From: Squalus acanthias
Taxonomy: Eukaryota
DNA length: 64,000 nt
NCBI GenBank assembly: GCA_030390025.1
Contig: CM059432.1
Coordinates: forward strand, 76,014,001-76,078,000
Direction of reading: 5' to 3'
This document shows positions 1 to 11,907 of the stretch, one piece after another. The stretch's first letter is position 1. Every line of letters starts with the position of its first letter. Made by a program: the position numbers and the translations under genes. Below the pieces are notes generated by a model that saw nothing but the letters and a program-made list of their open reading frames with translations, was not told where the DNA came from and did no database searches.

Positions 1-2262
1 GTTTCGGACTTAGGCAAGTCACTCTCAAACTTAATGTGAAATCCTATCATATTATGATCACTCTGCCCCAGTGGATCCTTTACTATGAGAATTGCTAATT
101 AACCCTGTCTCATTACACAATACAAGATCTAAAATAGCCTGTTCCCTGGTTGGTTCCATGACATATTGTTCGAGGAAACTGTCCCGAATGCATTCCATGA
201 ACTCGTCCACCAGACTACCTTTGCCAATTTGATTTGTCCAGTCTATATGAAGATTAAAGTCCCTCACGATTATTGCATTACCTTTGTTGCAAGCTCCTGC
301 TATTTCTTGATTAATATTATGTCCAACGGTATAGCTACTGTGAGGGGGCCTATATACTACTTCCACCAGTGTTTTCTCCCCCTTGTTATTCCTTATCTCC
401 ACGCTTACTGATTCTACTTCCTGATCTTCCGAGCCGAGATCCTTTTTCTCTACTGTCCTTATTTCATCCTTTATTATCAGGGCTACTCCCCCTCCTTTTC
501 CATTCTGCCTGTCTTTTTAAAATGTCAAGTACCTTGGAACATTTAGTTCCCAAACTTGGTCACCTTGCCACCACGTCTCTGTAATGGCTATTAGATCAAA
601 CCCATTTATCTCTATTTGTGCCACTAGTTTGTCTATCTTGTTACAAATGCTTCGTGCATTCAGATAGAGACTTTAATTTAACTTTTTTGCCATTATTCCC
701 TGCTTTGACCTTATTTTCTGCTGCACTGCTACCGTTAAACTCTCTGTCCCTTCCTGTCACACTCTGCTTATTTTTACCCAAATCGCTACACTGCTCTCTT
801 GCCTTGACCTTTCTCTTTAGATTTTTAAATTTCCCCTCACCTGACCCTTCCCCCCCCTTTTTTAATTTAAAGCCCTATCTACAGCCCTAGTTATTTGATT
901 TGCCAGGACGCTGGTCCCAGCCCGGTTTAAGTGGAGCCCGTCCCAATGGAACAGCTCCCTCTTTCCCCAGTACTGGGGCCAGTGCCCCATGAATTGAAAC
1001 CCCTTCTTCCCACACCAACTCTCTGATCTGCTTGACCGTATGCCAATTTGCGCGTGGCTCAGGTAGTAATCCAGAGATTATTACCCTTGAGATTCTGCTT
1101 ATTAATTTAGACCCTAGCTCCTCAAACTCCCTCAGCAGAACTTCATTCTTAGTTCTACCTATGTTGTTGGTTCCTACACTGACCAAGACAACTGGATCCT
1201 CCCCCTCCCACTCCAAGTTCTTCTCCAGCCGCGAGGAGATATCCTTAACCCTGGCACTGGGCAGGCAACACAGCCTTCGGGACTCTCTTTCGCGGCTGCA
1301 GAGAACAGTATCTATCCCCGTGACTATATTGTCCCCTACTACTACCATATTCCTTCCTTCTCCCCCCACTTGGATGGCTCCCTGTACCACGGTGCCGTGG
1401 TCAGTTTGCCCAACTTCCCTACAGTCCTTTTCCTCATCCATACAGGTAGAAAGTACCTCGTACCTGTTGGATAAGGTCCAGGGCTGAGGCTCCTCCATCA
1501 CTACATCCTGGGTCCCATACCTTCCTGACTCGCGGTCACACCCTCGTGTCCCTGACCACTGACGAACTCTAAAGTACTACTTAACCTAAAGGGTGTGACT
1601 GCCTCCTGGAACAAAGTGTCCAGGTAACTCTCCCCGTCGCTGATGCATCGCAATGTCTGCAGCTCGTACTCCAGCTCAACAATTCTGAGCCGAAGTTCCT
1701 CGAGTTGCAGACACTTACTGCAGATGTGGTTGCTCGGGATCGCGATGCTCTCCACAAACTCCCACATGCTGCAGTTACGACACACCACCTGCCCGGCCAT
1801 CTCTAACCTTGTTTTATTTATTAATTAATTAGTTAAAGCTTTTATTCAATCGATATTTAAGTTTTATTATTTGATTATTTTATCTAGTTTAAGTTATTAA
1901 TTTATTAACTACTAGCAGGTTACAGTTTCTCAACTCTTAATTTAACTCCCTTCCCTAACTTAGAGAGCAATAAAAAGCTATAATACTCACCAACCAACCA
2001 CCTACCTGCTCTCCTGTGACGTCACTCTGATTTTTTTGTTGTTTTTGAATCGGAGCCTCGCCGCTGCTTTAATTCAGGTCTGCTCTCGGGCAGCTCTTTA
2101 TCCTCTCACCGCTGCCACTGCTGCTGTCCTGTGACGTCACTCCTTGTTTTTTCTGAAATCGTCGAAGGTTCCGCCGCCACTGATACCGCCTCCAATTAGG
2201 TCCGCGCTGCCTGGTCTCCTGCTGTTTTAAGTACCACCGCCGCTGATACCGCCTCCAATTAG
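1..2262 (-). mobile_element. CR1 LINE, 5' portion (5'UTR, ORF1, start of ORF2 endonuclease); continues off the left edge
   Basis: APE motifs (VVYRPP, DFNLHIDW, LDLVLCN); close match to 14970-15810; short tandem duplication at ~2170-2262. Confidence 0.88.
887..1800 (-). pseudogene. CR1 ORF1 (zinc finger/leucine zipper plus SGNH esterase-like), frameshifted at ~1501
   Basis: CxxC...CxxC then LEELRLRIVELEYEL zipper; VVVGDN and VGTNN esterase blocks. Confidence 0.8.
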
Positions 2263-2881
2263 GCAGTGATGGCCTCGGTGATGCGGTCCCACATCGTTCT
2301 TTCTGGAGGGTTCCTGGCCCCTGTGGGTAGAGGACCTTTCTTGCAGTGTTGATCCCCTGCACAAAGCTGGATTGCTGCATCCAAGACCCTGGGTGCCCCT
2401 TCCCTGGCTTGCTGCACCATTTGTGTTAGTTCTAAAGCACTTTTCCCATTTTTTGAGGTGCGGAAGGGAATTCAGCTTTAAGAGCTGAAGACTCCCATTT
2501 GGGACTTTAACATTCTTTTTTAAAAGGCAGTAAGGGTTGAAAATCACATTTCTTTACTTCATTTTTATTTTTATTAGTTCAGAAGGCATTGCCCTTTTAA
2601 TACATTGCCCTTTTAATTTCCCACAATGCCTATCAAACTCCACTGCCTCGCTTCCAGAGGCTGTTGGAAGATCGAATGCCGCTTCTGGATGACAACTTCG
2701 CCTCCCATGTCTGCAGTAATGCCACCAAGAGGGCATTACATGGTAAGTTAGCAATGGGCTAAAAGTCTTTAGCCCCCAGCGTGAATTTTTCTCTTGTACC
2801 GCTTTGTCCATTTTCAGTGGCCGTTAACCCAAGGCCACAGTGACACCGGCAACTCTCAGGCCAGCCATGAATTTTTAGCCC
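2263..2881. mobile_element. Truncated Harbinger-type non-autonomous element (right end only)
   Basis: Ends in AATTTTTAGCCC, matching the GGGC..AAATT terminus of the other MITEs; left end not found. Confidence 0.4.
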
Positions 2882-3118
2882 TTAATGTTTTAAATTTAAA
2901 GATGGTGAATTCTGTGTTCATGCATTTGAGAGACGACTATGCTGATAAGTGAAATAATCACTTGGCACTCAGTGCCAGCAACAACTTTCCCAAGTCAGCT
3001 ACAGCTCAGCTTAAATGCATTTCCAACAAAGCTGGTTGATGTGTTTCTGTTGCAATTAAAGTAGAAGCATTATTTTCACTGCAATTGTAATAAAAAGGAA
3101 ATGTAAAGGGTTACTCAC

Positions 3119-3229
3119 ACGTTCTTTGATTTTTTCTGACAGGAATGGTTTAATTAAAGCAAAGACTGAATGGAACAGTACGGGCTCATTGATCATATGG
3201 ATGCCTCGGACCTTCAGTGGAAAGGAGTC
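3119..3229 (-). CDS. TTPA: TTPA coding exon 4 (111 nt)
   Basis: Acceptor ttttcag; [37 protein letters not shown]; donor CGT|GTGAGT; final exon is outside the window. Confidence 0.95.
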
Positions 3230-3468
3230 CTGAAAATGACAGGAAATAGCCTTCATTATATTTCATGTTGGTGCCTATCTACATTTTAATAAAATGCAGC
3301 CTTCTGAAGGTACAATTTTACACAACCGTAACTCAGAGCTTTTTCAACAGGTCCACCCTTGTTTAGAAATGAATAATCAGGTTAAAGCTAATAGGCTCTT
3401 GTATCAAGTTTTCTTGCTTCTAGACCTGAACACTTACCTTTCTCTAGTTTCTCTCCTCTCTCCCTTCA

Positions 3469-4635
3469 TAAGAACATAAGAACATAAGAAATAGGAGCAG
3501 GAGTAGGCCAATCGGCCCCTCGAGCCTGCTCCGCCATTCAATAAGATCATGGCTGATCTGATCCTAACCGCCAATCTACTATCTATCACAGAACCATCTC
3601 CTGCATCTAACAGAATTGCACACACGAAATAGGAGCAGAATCAGGCTACACAGTCCCTGGGCCCGCTCCACTACCCACAGGGCCATGACCGATCCGAACC
3701 TAGACTCATGTCCAAATTCCTGCCCGCTCCCCGTAACCCTTAATGCCCTTTACTTCTAGGAAACTGTCTATTTCTGTTTTAAATTTAATTAATGTTGTAG
3801 CTTCTACAGCTTTTTGTGGCAGCATATTCCATGGACCTACCATCCTCTGAGTGAAGTAGTTCCTCCTCATCTCAGTTTTGAAAGAGCAGCCCCTTATTCT
3901 AAGACTATGTCCCCTAGTTCTCGTCTCACCCGTCATCGGGAACATCCTCCCCACATCCACCCGATCCAACCCCTTCACAATCTTATATGTTTCAATAAGA
4001 TCGCCTCTCATTCTTCTGAACTCCAATGAGTAGAGTCCCAATCTACCCAACCTCTCCTCATATGACCACCCCCTCATCCCCGGGATTAACCGAGTGAACC
4101 TTTTTTGCACTGCCTCGAGAGCAAGGATGTCTTTCCTTAAGTAAGGACACCAAAACTGTATGCAGTATTCCAGGTGCGGTCTCACCAATACCTTGTACAA
4201 CTGAAGCAATACCTCCCTATTTTTATATTCTATCCCCCTAGCAATGAAAGCCAACATTCCATTTGCCTTCTTAATCACTTGCTGCACCTGCATACTAACC
4301 TTTTGAGTTTCGTGCACCAGGACCCCCAGATCCCTTTGCACTTCAGTACTCTCCAGTTTCTTGCCATTAAGATAATAAATTGCTCTAGGATTTTTCCTGC
4401 CAAAGTGCATCACCTCACACTTTCCAGTGTTGTATTCCATCTGCCAAATCTCTGCCCACTTACTTAGCCTGTCTATGTCCCCTTGCAGGTTTTTTATGTC
4501 CTCCTCACTCACTACTTTCCCTCCCATCTTTGTATCATCTGCAAATTTTGATATGTTACACTTGGTCCCTTCCTCCAAATCGTTAATATAGATTGTGAAG
4601 AGTTGGGGACCCAGCACTGACCCCTGTGGAACACC
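3469..4635 (-). mobile_element. CR1 LINE 3' fragment (RT C-terminus, 3'UTR, TTCTTATG tail)
   Basis: ORF 3706-4617 with KFADDTK, LVRPHLEYC, RRMRGDLIE; two tail-like segments. Confidence 0.9.
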
Positions 4636-5558
4636 TCTCCGAGCTCAGTTTATCCATGAGACCCAACTCCAGGCCGGCGCAAAGCAGTTACTAGGCCAGT
4701 GTATTAGTACACTATACACTTATTTCTAGGACCTGGGTCTGAATTCAGTGTGATCTGCCAGGATTGAAGTCTCCTCTATTGCCTGTAAGTATCCTGGGGT
4801 AGAGTTTCCGCTAGCTTGCGCTAGTTTTATCAGCGCAATTCTAGTGTAATTGGTTGAACCAGTGGAAAACATCGCAGAAACCCAAGCATAAGTTACGGCA
4901 AGCGTAAATCGAGTTTCTGTGATCTTTTATGCTGATTTAAAAATAATTTTGCCCAAAGCCGGCTCCGCCACAAAACTGGCCACGCCTCCAGATCGAAATC
5001 ATGAGGATGGCAAGTTTCTGCCAATTACGCCTGTTTAAGGAGGCTTTTCAAATTGTGCTCATTTTCTTAGGCACACAGGCAGTAGTAGGCACGTTTTAAA
5101 AGTTTTTACACATTAAAAAAATATTAATTTACTAAGAAACTGATTAGTGTACACGAATGAAACTAGTTCAGTACAGTTCTTTTTTAAGTCATTTTCAATG
5201 ATTTCAAATCAGGTTACTCATAAGTGGAGGACTAGACACTCTGGGAGCTAAATTGGATAGCTCCCAAAAACGGGTGCGGGGATCTTGATGTGCGATTAAC
5301 CCGCCCTGTTGCTTCCGATGCAGGATTCGTGCTGCCTGATAATTTGCATGATTGCTGTATGCAGCCAGCACTAAACACACTGTTGAGTGGCTGAATATCT
5401 CAGCAGGTGACCCAAGTTTGTGCGAGGCTAGCACCACTTAAGGCTAGCCTGCACTACTTAAAGCCAGCCTGCACCTTTTAATGGGGAGGTGCATTTTGGC
5501 TGGAGCAGGTGCTGGAACTGTTTGTGAAAGAGAGTCTGAGCAGAAAGAAGAGTGAATT

Positions 5559-7209
5559 ATGATGCAACGGGGAGAGAGCGTGCTCCAAGGTGTTCTGACG
5601 CTGCACTGGAGGCCTTGGTGGAGGAGATGGAGAGGAGGAGAGAGGTCCTCTATCAACAGGGGGCCAGGAGGCCCTCCAGACAAACTCTGCAAAGGCAGTG
5701 GGAGCAGATAGCCATGGTAGTCAATGCCAGAATTCAAGCCAAGGACCTGGATGCAGTGCTGCAAAAAGTTCAATGACCTCACACGAGTAGTCAATGTCAA
5801 TGAATTCATCTTAAAATGCCACATCTCACCAACTGCACCACTAGCCTCACACACTGCTCAATGCACCACACCCCCATCACTCACCTACCAATAATCTCTA
5901 TCAATCATGACTCATACCTAACATTCATAGCTTCACTTCACCCTCACACACTTAGCACTGTTGTAAGCCTCACACCCACATCTCAAAGCTTGCACACACT
6001 GCCAGCTATTCAATCATGACAGGCACATCACCCAAACAGATTGCACCACACTCACTGACACATGTCCGTCTCTCTTGCACGACAAAGTTGGCGCATAACC
6101 GGAGGCAGCAGGAACTGAGGTGCATTGAGCAGTGTGAGGGACAGGTATGGCTGCATGTACTTACCCCAATGGAGGAGACGGTGGTCCCCATCAATGGAGC
6201 GGCCATCGCTGAGGCCGTGGCCAGCAGCAGGGCTCACATCTCACTTCCCCCCTCATCCCACAATCTTCGTGGTGAGACACTGAGCATGAGTGGCCTGCAG
6301 CCAGGGCAGGGGGAGAGGGTAGCACAGGTGCCAGAACACCAGAGGGCGAGGTTGCACATGAGTTCTGCTGCAGAGGACTCAGATGAGCACTTTGATGGGG
6401 CGGACTACAGAAGAAGGCTGATGGGTATGCACAATTAAATGCTTGGTGCATTGGCAGGCCTGCCAGAAAGCCTGAGTGCAATGTCAAGGAGCATGGAGGC
6501 GTCCGGCACCAACTTGGCACAGGGCTTTGTGCAGAGCTTAGAGCCCATCCTTTCCAGCATGGAAGTGGTGGCCAACTCCATTAGCACACTTGTGGACCCA
6601 ACCATGATGTAGTGTCTGATGGCCGAGGTCTCAGCTTCCATTGCAGCACAAGCAAAAGCCACCCAACGTCTGGGTGCTGCAGTGGATGCTCAGACTTCTG
6701 CCATGCAAACTTAGACGGCTCTCATGCAAGCTCAACTTGCTGCCATGCAAGCAGAGACTGCTGCCATCATAGCTGCGGGTACCAGTGTTCAAAGGGGCTT
6801 GCAGGGTGTCACAGCAGTCCAGTAATCTGTCCTCCAACAGATTACTAGGACTGCTGAGGCGCCGCCATGGGGCAGTGGCTCCATGGAGCATGAACCTGCT
6901 GTCCTCTCTCAGGATAACAGCATTCATCCTCCCACCACTGCCACTCCGCCAGTGCCCTTGCGATTGCCTGTCAGCCAGCCAGCCCAGACTGCTGCCGCCC
7001 ATAACAAGATGGTGCAGTCCAAAGCCGGGCCTTCTAGACCCAGAGATGCTTGAGGTTGTCCTCCAAGGCCATCTGCAGTCTCCCTCACTGAAAATCAGCA
7101 GTCTTCAACCAGCCATGCTGCAGCCACTGGGGTAGCACTGCGTAGGAGCACTAGGACATGCAAAGGCACACAGAAGACAGGCACTAAGGAACTACTCAAG
7201 AGTGATTAG
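5559..7209 (+). pseudogene. H1 Myb/SANT-like DNA-binding partner, disrupted
   Basis: RERAPRCSDAALEALVEEMERRREVL...W..IA..VNA; KLAHNRRQQ segment; C-terminal LRRSTR; frameshifts and stops. Confidence 0.8.
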
Positions 7210-7378
7210 TTGACGTTTGTATGCAATATGTCATGATTTAATTTATAAATTTGATTTGGAATGTTTATTTTGTGTTGGCTTTTATTTTTGCATTGTGGCC
7301 AAGCAGACACTGTGATGGTCAGTAACAGAGGAAAGATAAGACGTGGGACTGTTAGTGAATAGGGAATTGGGGTTGCGT

Positions 7379-8504
7379 TTATTGGTATCGCAGTCGGATG
7401 AGTCATTCACGACAGCCCGGCCAGAAAGGAGCTGTCTACGTTGCCTCCTCCCTTCCTCCACCTCCTCCTCCTCCTGCTCCTCAGCTGTTCGCCGTATTGC
7501 TGGTAGCAAGAGCAGTGCCCTCATGATGGCGAGGTTGTGCAGCATGCAGCAGACCACCACGAATTTTGACATGCACTTTGATGAGTACTGCAGGGCTCCT
7601 CCAGAGCGGTCCAGGCAGCGGATGCATTGTTTCAGCACGCCAATGGTGTGCTCTATGACATTTCATGTGGCAGCTTGGCTTTTGTTGTAGGCATGCTGCC
7701 CACATGTGATTGGGTTGTACACCAGAGTCATGAGCTATGTTGTCAAAGGTTATCCCTTGTCACCCAGTAGCCACCCTCTGGGTTGTCATGGTGGCTCAAA
7801 TGCAGCATGACTGCTGCCAGGATATCGAGCATTGACCTGCATGATATGCTGTGTATTGTCATACACCAGCTGGACATTGAGGGAGTGCAATCCCTTTCGG
7901 TTGCAGTACATCTCAGAGTTGACATGCAGTGCCCGCAAAGCGACGTACATGCAGTCAATGGTACCCTGTACCATGGAGAAGCCTGCAATCCTTGCAAAGC
8001 CGTGTGCTCACTCTGCCTGCTGCTCTCTGGCAAGAGAACATAAGACATAAGAGAGAATGAAATGTATTCAGCTCTCTTGGAATACAGAGCCTCATTTACC
8101 ACTCTTCTGCAACAGTGGATGGCAAACTGGGAGATGTTGCAAATATCTCCTGCTCCAGCCTGGAAGGAGCCTGACGCATAAATGTTCCTGGCCACGGTCA
8201 CCTTCACAGCCACTGGCAATGCGGTCCTTGCCCTGCTCTGAGGCTGCAGTTGTGGCTGCAGCAGGTGGCAGATTTCAGTGAGGACGTCCTTGGTGAAGTG
8301 CAGACATCTAATACACTGTTCATCGCTGAGGGTCGGGTAGTTGAATTGCTCCCTGAACATCCTGGGCAGATATGGCCTCTTGCTGAGAGCCCTTCTCCCC
8401 CTCCTCCTCTTCCCTCTGCCAGCAGCTTGTCCTGCTCTGTGTCGCTTTTGCTGATTCTCCCTCTCATACTATAGTCCAAGGGGAAAGCTTACTACTGCAT
8501 CCAT
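7379..8504 (-). pseudogene. H1 Harbinger (HARBI1-like) DDE transposase, disrupted
   Basis: GTIDCMYVAL, NRKGLHSLNVQLV, CLDRSGGALQYS, CCMLHNLA spread over several frames. Confidence 0.88.
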
Positions 8505-9336
8505 GTCTGGGAGCAAATGGTTTGTGCAGATTCCTTGAAGTCAGGACAAAGCCCTTCAGGATGTGCCACACCACTCCCTGTAGACTTTAGCAACTTTAAA
8601 GAACTCTAGAAACCACTACACATTTCTACAATCACAGCAAGAGCCAGTAGAAACCAATCATCAACTAACCTGTAAGTAGTTGATGATCCCTTTAAATAGC
8701 GCTGGTGAAGGGTCTTTGTTGCTGCTGAACGCGTGTTCAGCTATGTGTGTTTAAGAGAGGGTGTTAGCTAGCGCTGAGCTCCAAAATGGCAGCGCTGACA
8801 TTAAATCAATGTTACTTGCAGATTGATGTCACAGTCTGCCTACTCTGCATACCTCCGGCAGATGCTCCCTGTGCACGCACCAATGCCCTCCCCAAGTGGG
8901 CGTCTGGTGTGGCTCGCATGAGATGTGTGCATCCACGCTGTGGACAGCCATTTTGGAGCCAAAACGGCACTTATAGCGGCGAAACAAACAGGCGCTACAG
9001 AGCCGAATTTTGCGGACACTTATTAAAAATGCTTATTTTTGTGATAAACCCATTTTCAGCTAAAACTGCACCAGATTACCACTTTTAAATACATCAATGA
9101 ATATTGTTCAATGCAAAGAAAAAATAAATGATGATGTTTATTACGCTGATTGCGCTGGTTCATGGAAGATTTTATGTTTGTGATTATGCAAATGATTTTT
9201 GGCAGAACTTGAACTGTAACCTAATCAGTGCAATTTCAAGCGCAATTTGCACCCAATTTCCCAATTGTGCCCAAAGCGGAAACTCTGACCCACTATCTGA
9301 AATTAATTTGGGCTGTTTCATCACTGCTCCTAGTGG

Positions 9337-10816
9337 ACCTCTCTGGCCACAGGGGAGGTGCCAGAGGACTGGAGAACAGCTAACGTAGTACCATTGTTCA
9401 AGAAGGGTAGCAGGGATAAACCAGGGAATTACAGGCCAGTGAGCCTAACATCAGTGGTAGGGAAATTATTGGAAAAAATTCTGAGGGACAGAATTAGTCT
9501 CCACTTGGAGAGGCAGGGATTAATCAGGGATAGTCAGCATGGCTTTGTCAGGGGGAGATCATGTCTGACCAATTTGATTGAATTTTTCGAGGGGGTGACT
9601 AGGTGTGTGGATGAGGGTAGTGCAGTTGATGTAGTCTACATGGACTTCAGTCAGGCTTTTGACAAAGTCCCACATGGGAGACTGGTCAAGAAGGTAAGAG
9701 CCCATGGGATCCAGGGCAATTTGGCACATGGAATCCAAAATTGGCTTAGTGGCAGGAGGCAGAGGGTGATGGTCGAAGGTTGTTTTTGTGACTGGAAGCC
9801 TGTGTCCAGTGGTGTACCGCAGGGATCGGCGCTGGGTGCTTTGCTGTTTGTAGTGTACATTAATGATTTAGATATGAATGTAGGAGGTATGATCAGTAAG
9901 TTTGCAGATGACATGAAAATTGGTGGAGTGGTAAATAGCGAGGAGGGAAGCCTCAGGCTACAGGACGATGTGGACGGGATGGTCAGATGGGCAGAACAGT
10001 GGCAAATGGAATTTAACCCTGAAAAGTGTGAGGTGATGCATTTTAGGAGGACTAACAAGGCAAGGAATAAACAATGAATGGTAGGATCCTAGGAAGGACA
10101 GAGGATCAGAGGGACTTTGGTGTGCATGTACAAAGATCTCTGAAGGCAGCAGGACAGGTAGATAAGGTGGTTAAAAAGGCATATGGGATACTTGCCTTCA
10201 TTAGCCGAGGCATAGAATATAAGAGCAGGGAGGTTATGATGGAGCTGTACAAAACGCTAGTTAGGCCACAGCTGGAATACTGTGTGCAGTTCTGGTCACC
10301 ACACTATAGGAGGGATGTGATTGCATTGGAGAGGGTGCAGAGGAGATTCACCAGGATGTTACCTGGGCTGGAGCGCTTCAGCTATGAAGAGAGACTGGAC
10401 AGGCTGGGGTTGTTTTCCATAGAGCAGAGAAGGCTGAGGGGGGACCTGATTGAGGTGTACAAAATTATGAGGGGCATAGATAGGGTAGATAGAAAGGAAC
10501 TTTTCCCCTTAGTAGAGGGGTCAATAACCAGGGGCATAGTTTCAAGGTAAGGGGCAGGAGGTTTAGAGGGGATTTGAGGAAAAACTTTTTCACCCAGAGG
10601 GTGGTTGGAATCTGGAACTCACTGCCTGAAAGGGTGGTAGTGGCAGGAACCCTCACAACATTCAAGAAGCATTTAGATGAGCACTTGAAACGCCATAGCA
10701 TACATGGCTACGGACCAAGTGCTGGAAAATGGGATTAGAATAGACAGGGCTTGATGGCCGGCAAGGACACGATGGGCCGAAGGGCCTCTTACTGTGCTGT
10801 ATAACTCTATGACTCT
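9337..10816 (+). mobile_element. CR1 LINE 3' portion (RT domain to tail)
   Basis: NYRPVSLTS, GVPQGS, KFADD, LVRPQLEYC; frameshift near 10070; ends in ACTCTATG-type tail. Confidence 0.9.
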
Positions 10817-11907
10817 GTGGAGGCAGGCATGTTAGTTATCAAGATAGGCTAAAAGAGCTGGGAATCTACACTTTAGAGAAGAGTAGGCATAGTGGTGATT
10901 TGATCAAGGTTAATAAGACGATGAAGGGAATAGATTGTGTTCGAGTAGATAGTTTGTTCCAATTAAATAGGTTAGGGTGGATCAAGGATCACAATTTTAA
11001 GTTGGCTTGAGTAGTCATCACCTCTTACAAAAGGTAGGTGCTGCATAGAATTATCAGAGCCAGAGTGATCTCTTGGACTCGTTTCAATTGCCCAGGGGGA
11101 TTGGAGAGGAATATCCCAGATTTTTTTCCCCAAATTGGCCTGGGTTTTTATCTTTTTTTTGCCTCTGCCAGGAGATCATATGGTTTTGGGTGGGGTGGGG
11201 TGGAGAACGTAAAAATTGTGATGCACAAGGAATTACAAATGTGCAGGGACCTACACATTGTGCTGTATATCACATGATGTAACTGTACATACCATTACAG
11301 GCTGTTTATTGGTGAAGTAATTGAACTGTGTAATGGGTAGACACGCACACATAGGGCAGCTAATGGCATTGTGACACGATACATTCTGGGTGTTATTCAA
11401 CTTCAGCTATTGTGCAAACTGATCAGATAACAAACTGGTAACTATTACTAGGAAATACTGAATGGGACTTTCTCTGAATATAAACTATTGTTTACAACGC
11501 TGTCCTACTGACACCCAGAACAGGAAAAAGCATTCTACACAATTCACATTGGTGAGAAGTCTGCATCATAATTATGATGTGAATCTGCACAGTTCCTGAA
11601 TATGTACTCTCTCTGCCTGAATTTCAATTCCAAATGTTTTAATGGTGCTGAGGTCACCACTGTCAATCTGTGAACTTCTGCCCATTCATAATAAATGGAT
11701 GGAAAATGTGGGTGTGTAAAACTCCATATATGGGCTTTGGTTTTTCTCCCCCTTATTATATGTTTTTGAGTATTCCCAGAAAAGGAAAATGGGGTGAGGA
11801 GGCCTACCATCTATAAAAATGTCAGCAAAATTCTCCCCTGTGGACATCTCATACCGCCCACCACTTGCTCGCTGGCTGCATGCAAATGATTCTGAAAATA
11901 ACTGCTG

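Larger units (their letters stand above)
4796..9291. mobile_element. Decayed PIF/Harbinger transposon H1 (possibly nested inside an outer MITE)
   Basis: Terminal inverted repeats GGGGTAGAGTTTCCGCT / AGCGGAAACTCTGACCC (15/17), flanks CCT/ACT; convergent Myb and DDE genes inside. Confidence 0.82.

Noticed and set aside
1..840. Segmental duplication with 14970-15810
   Set aside because: Similarity is confined to CR1 sequence; independent copies of one family
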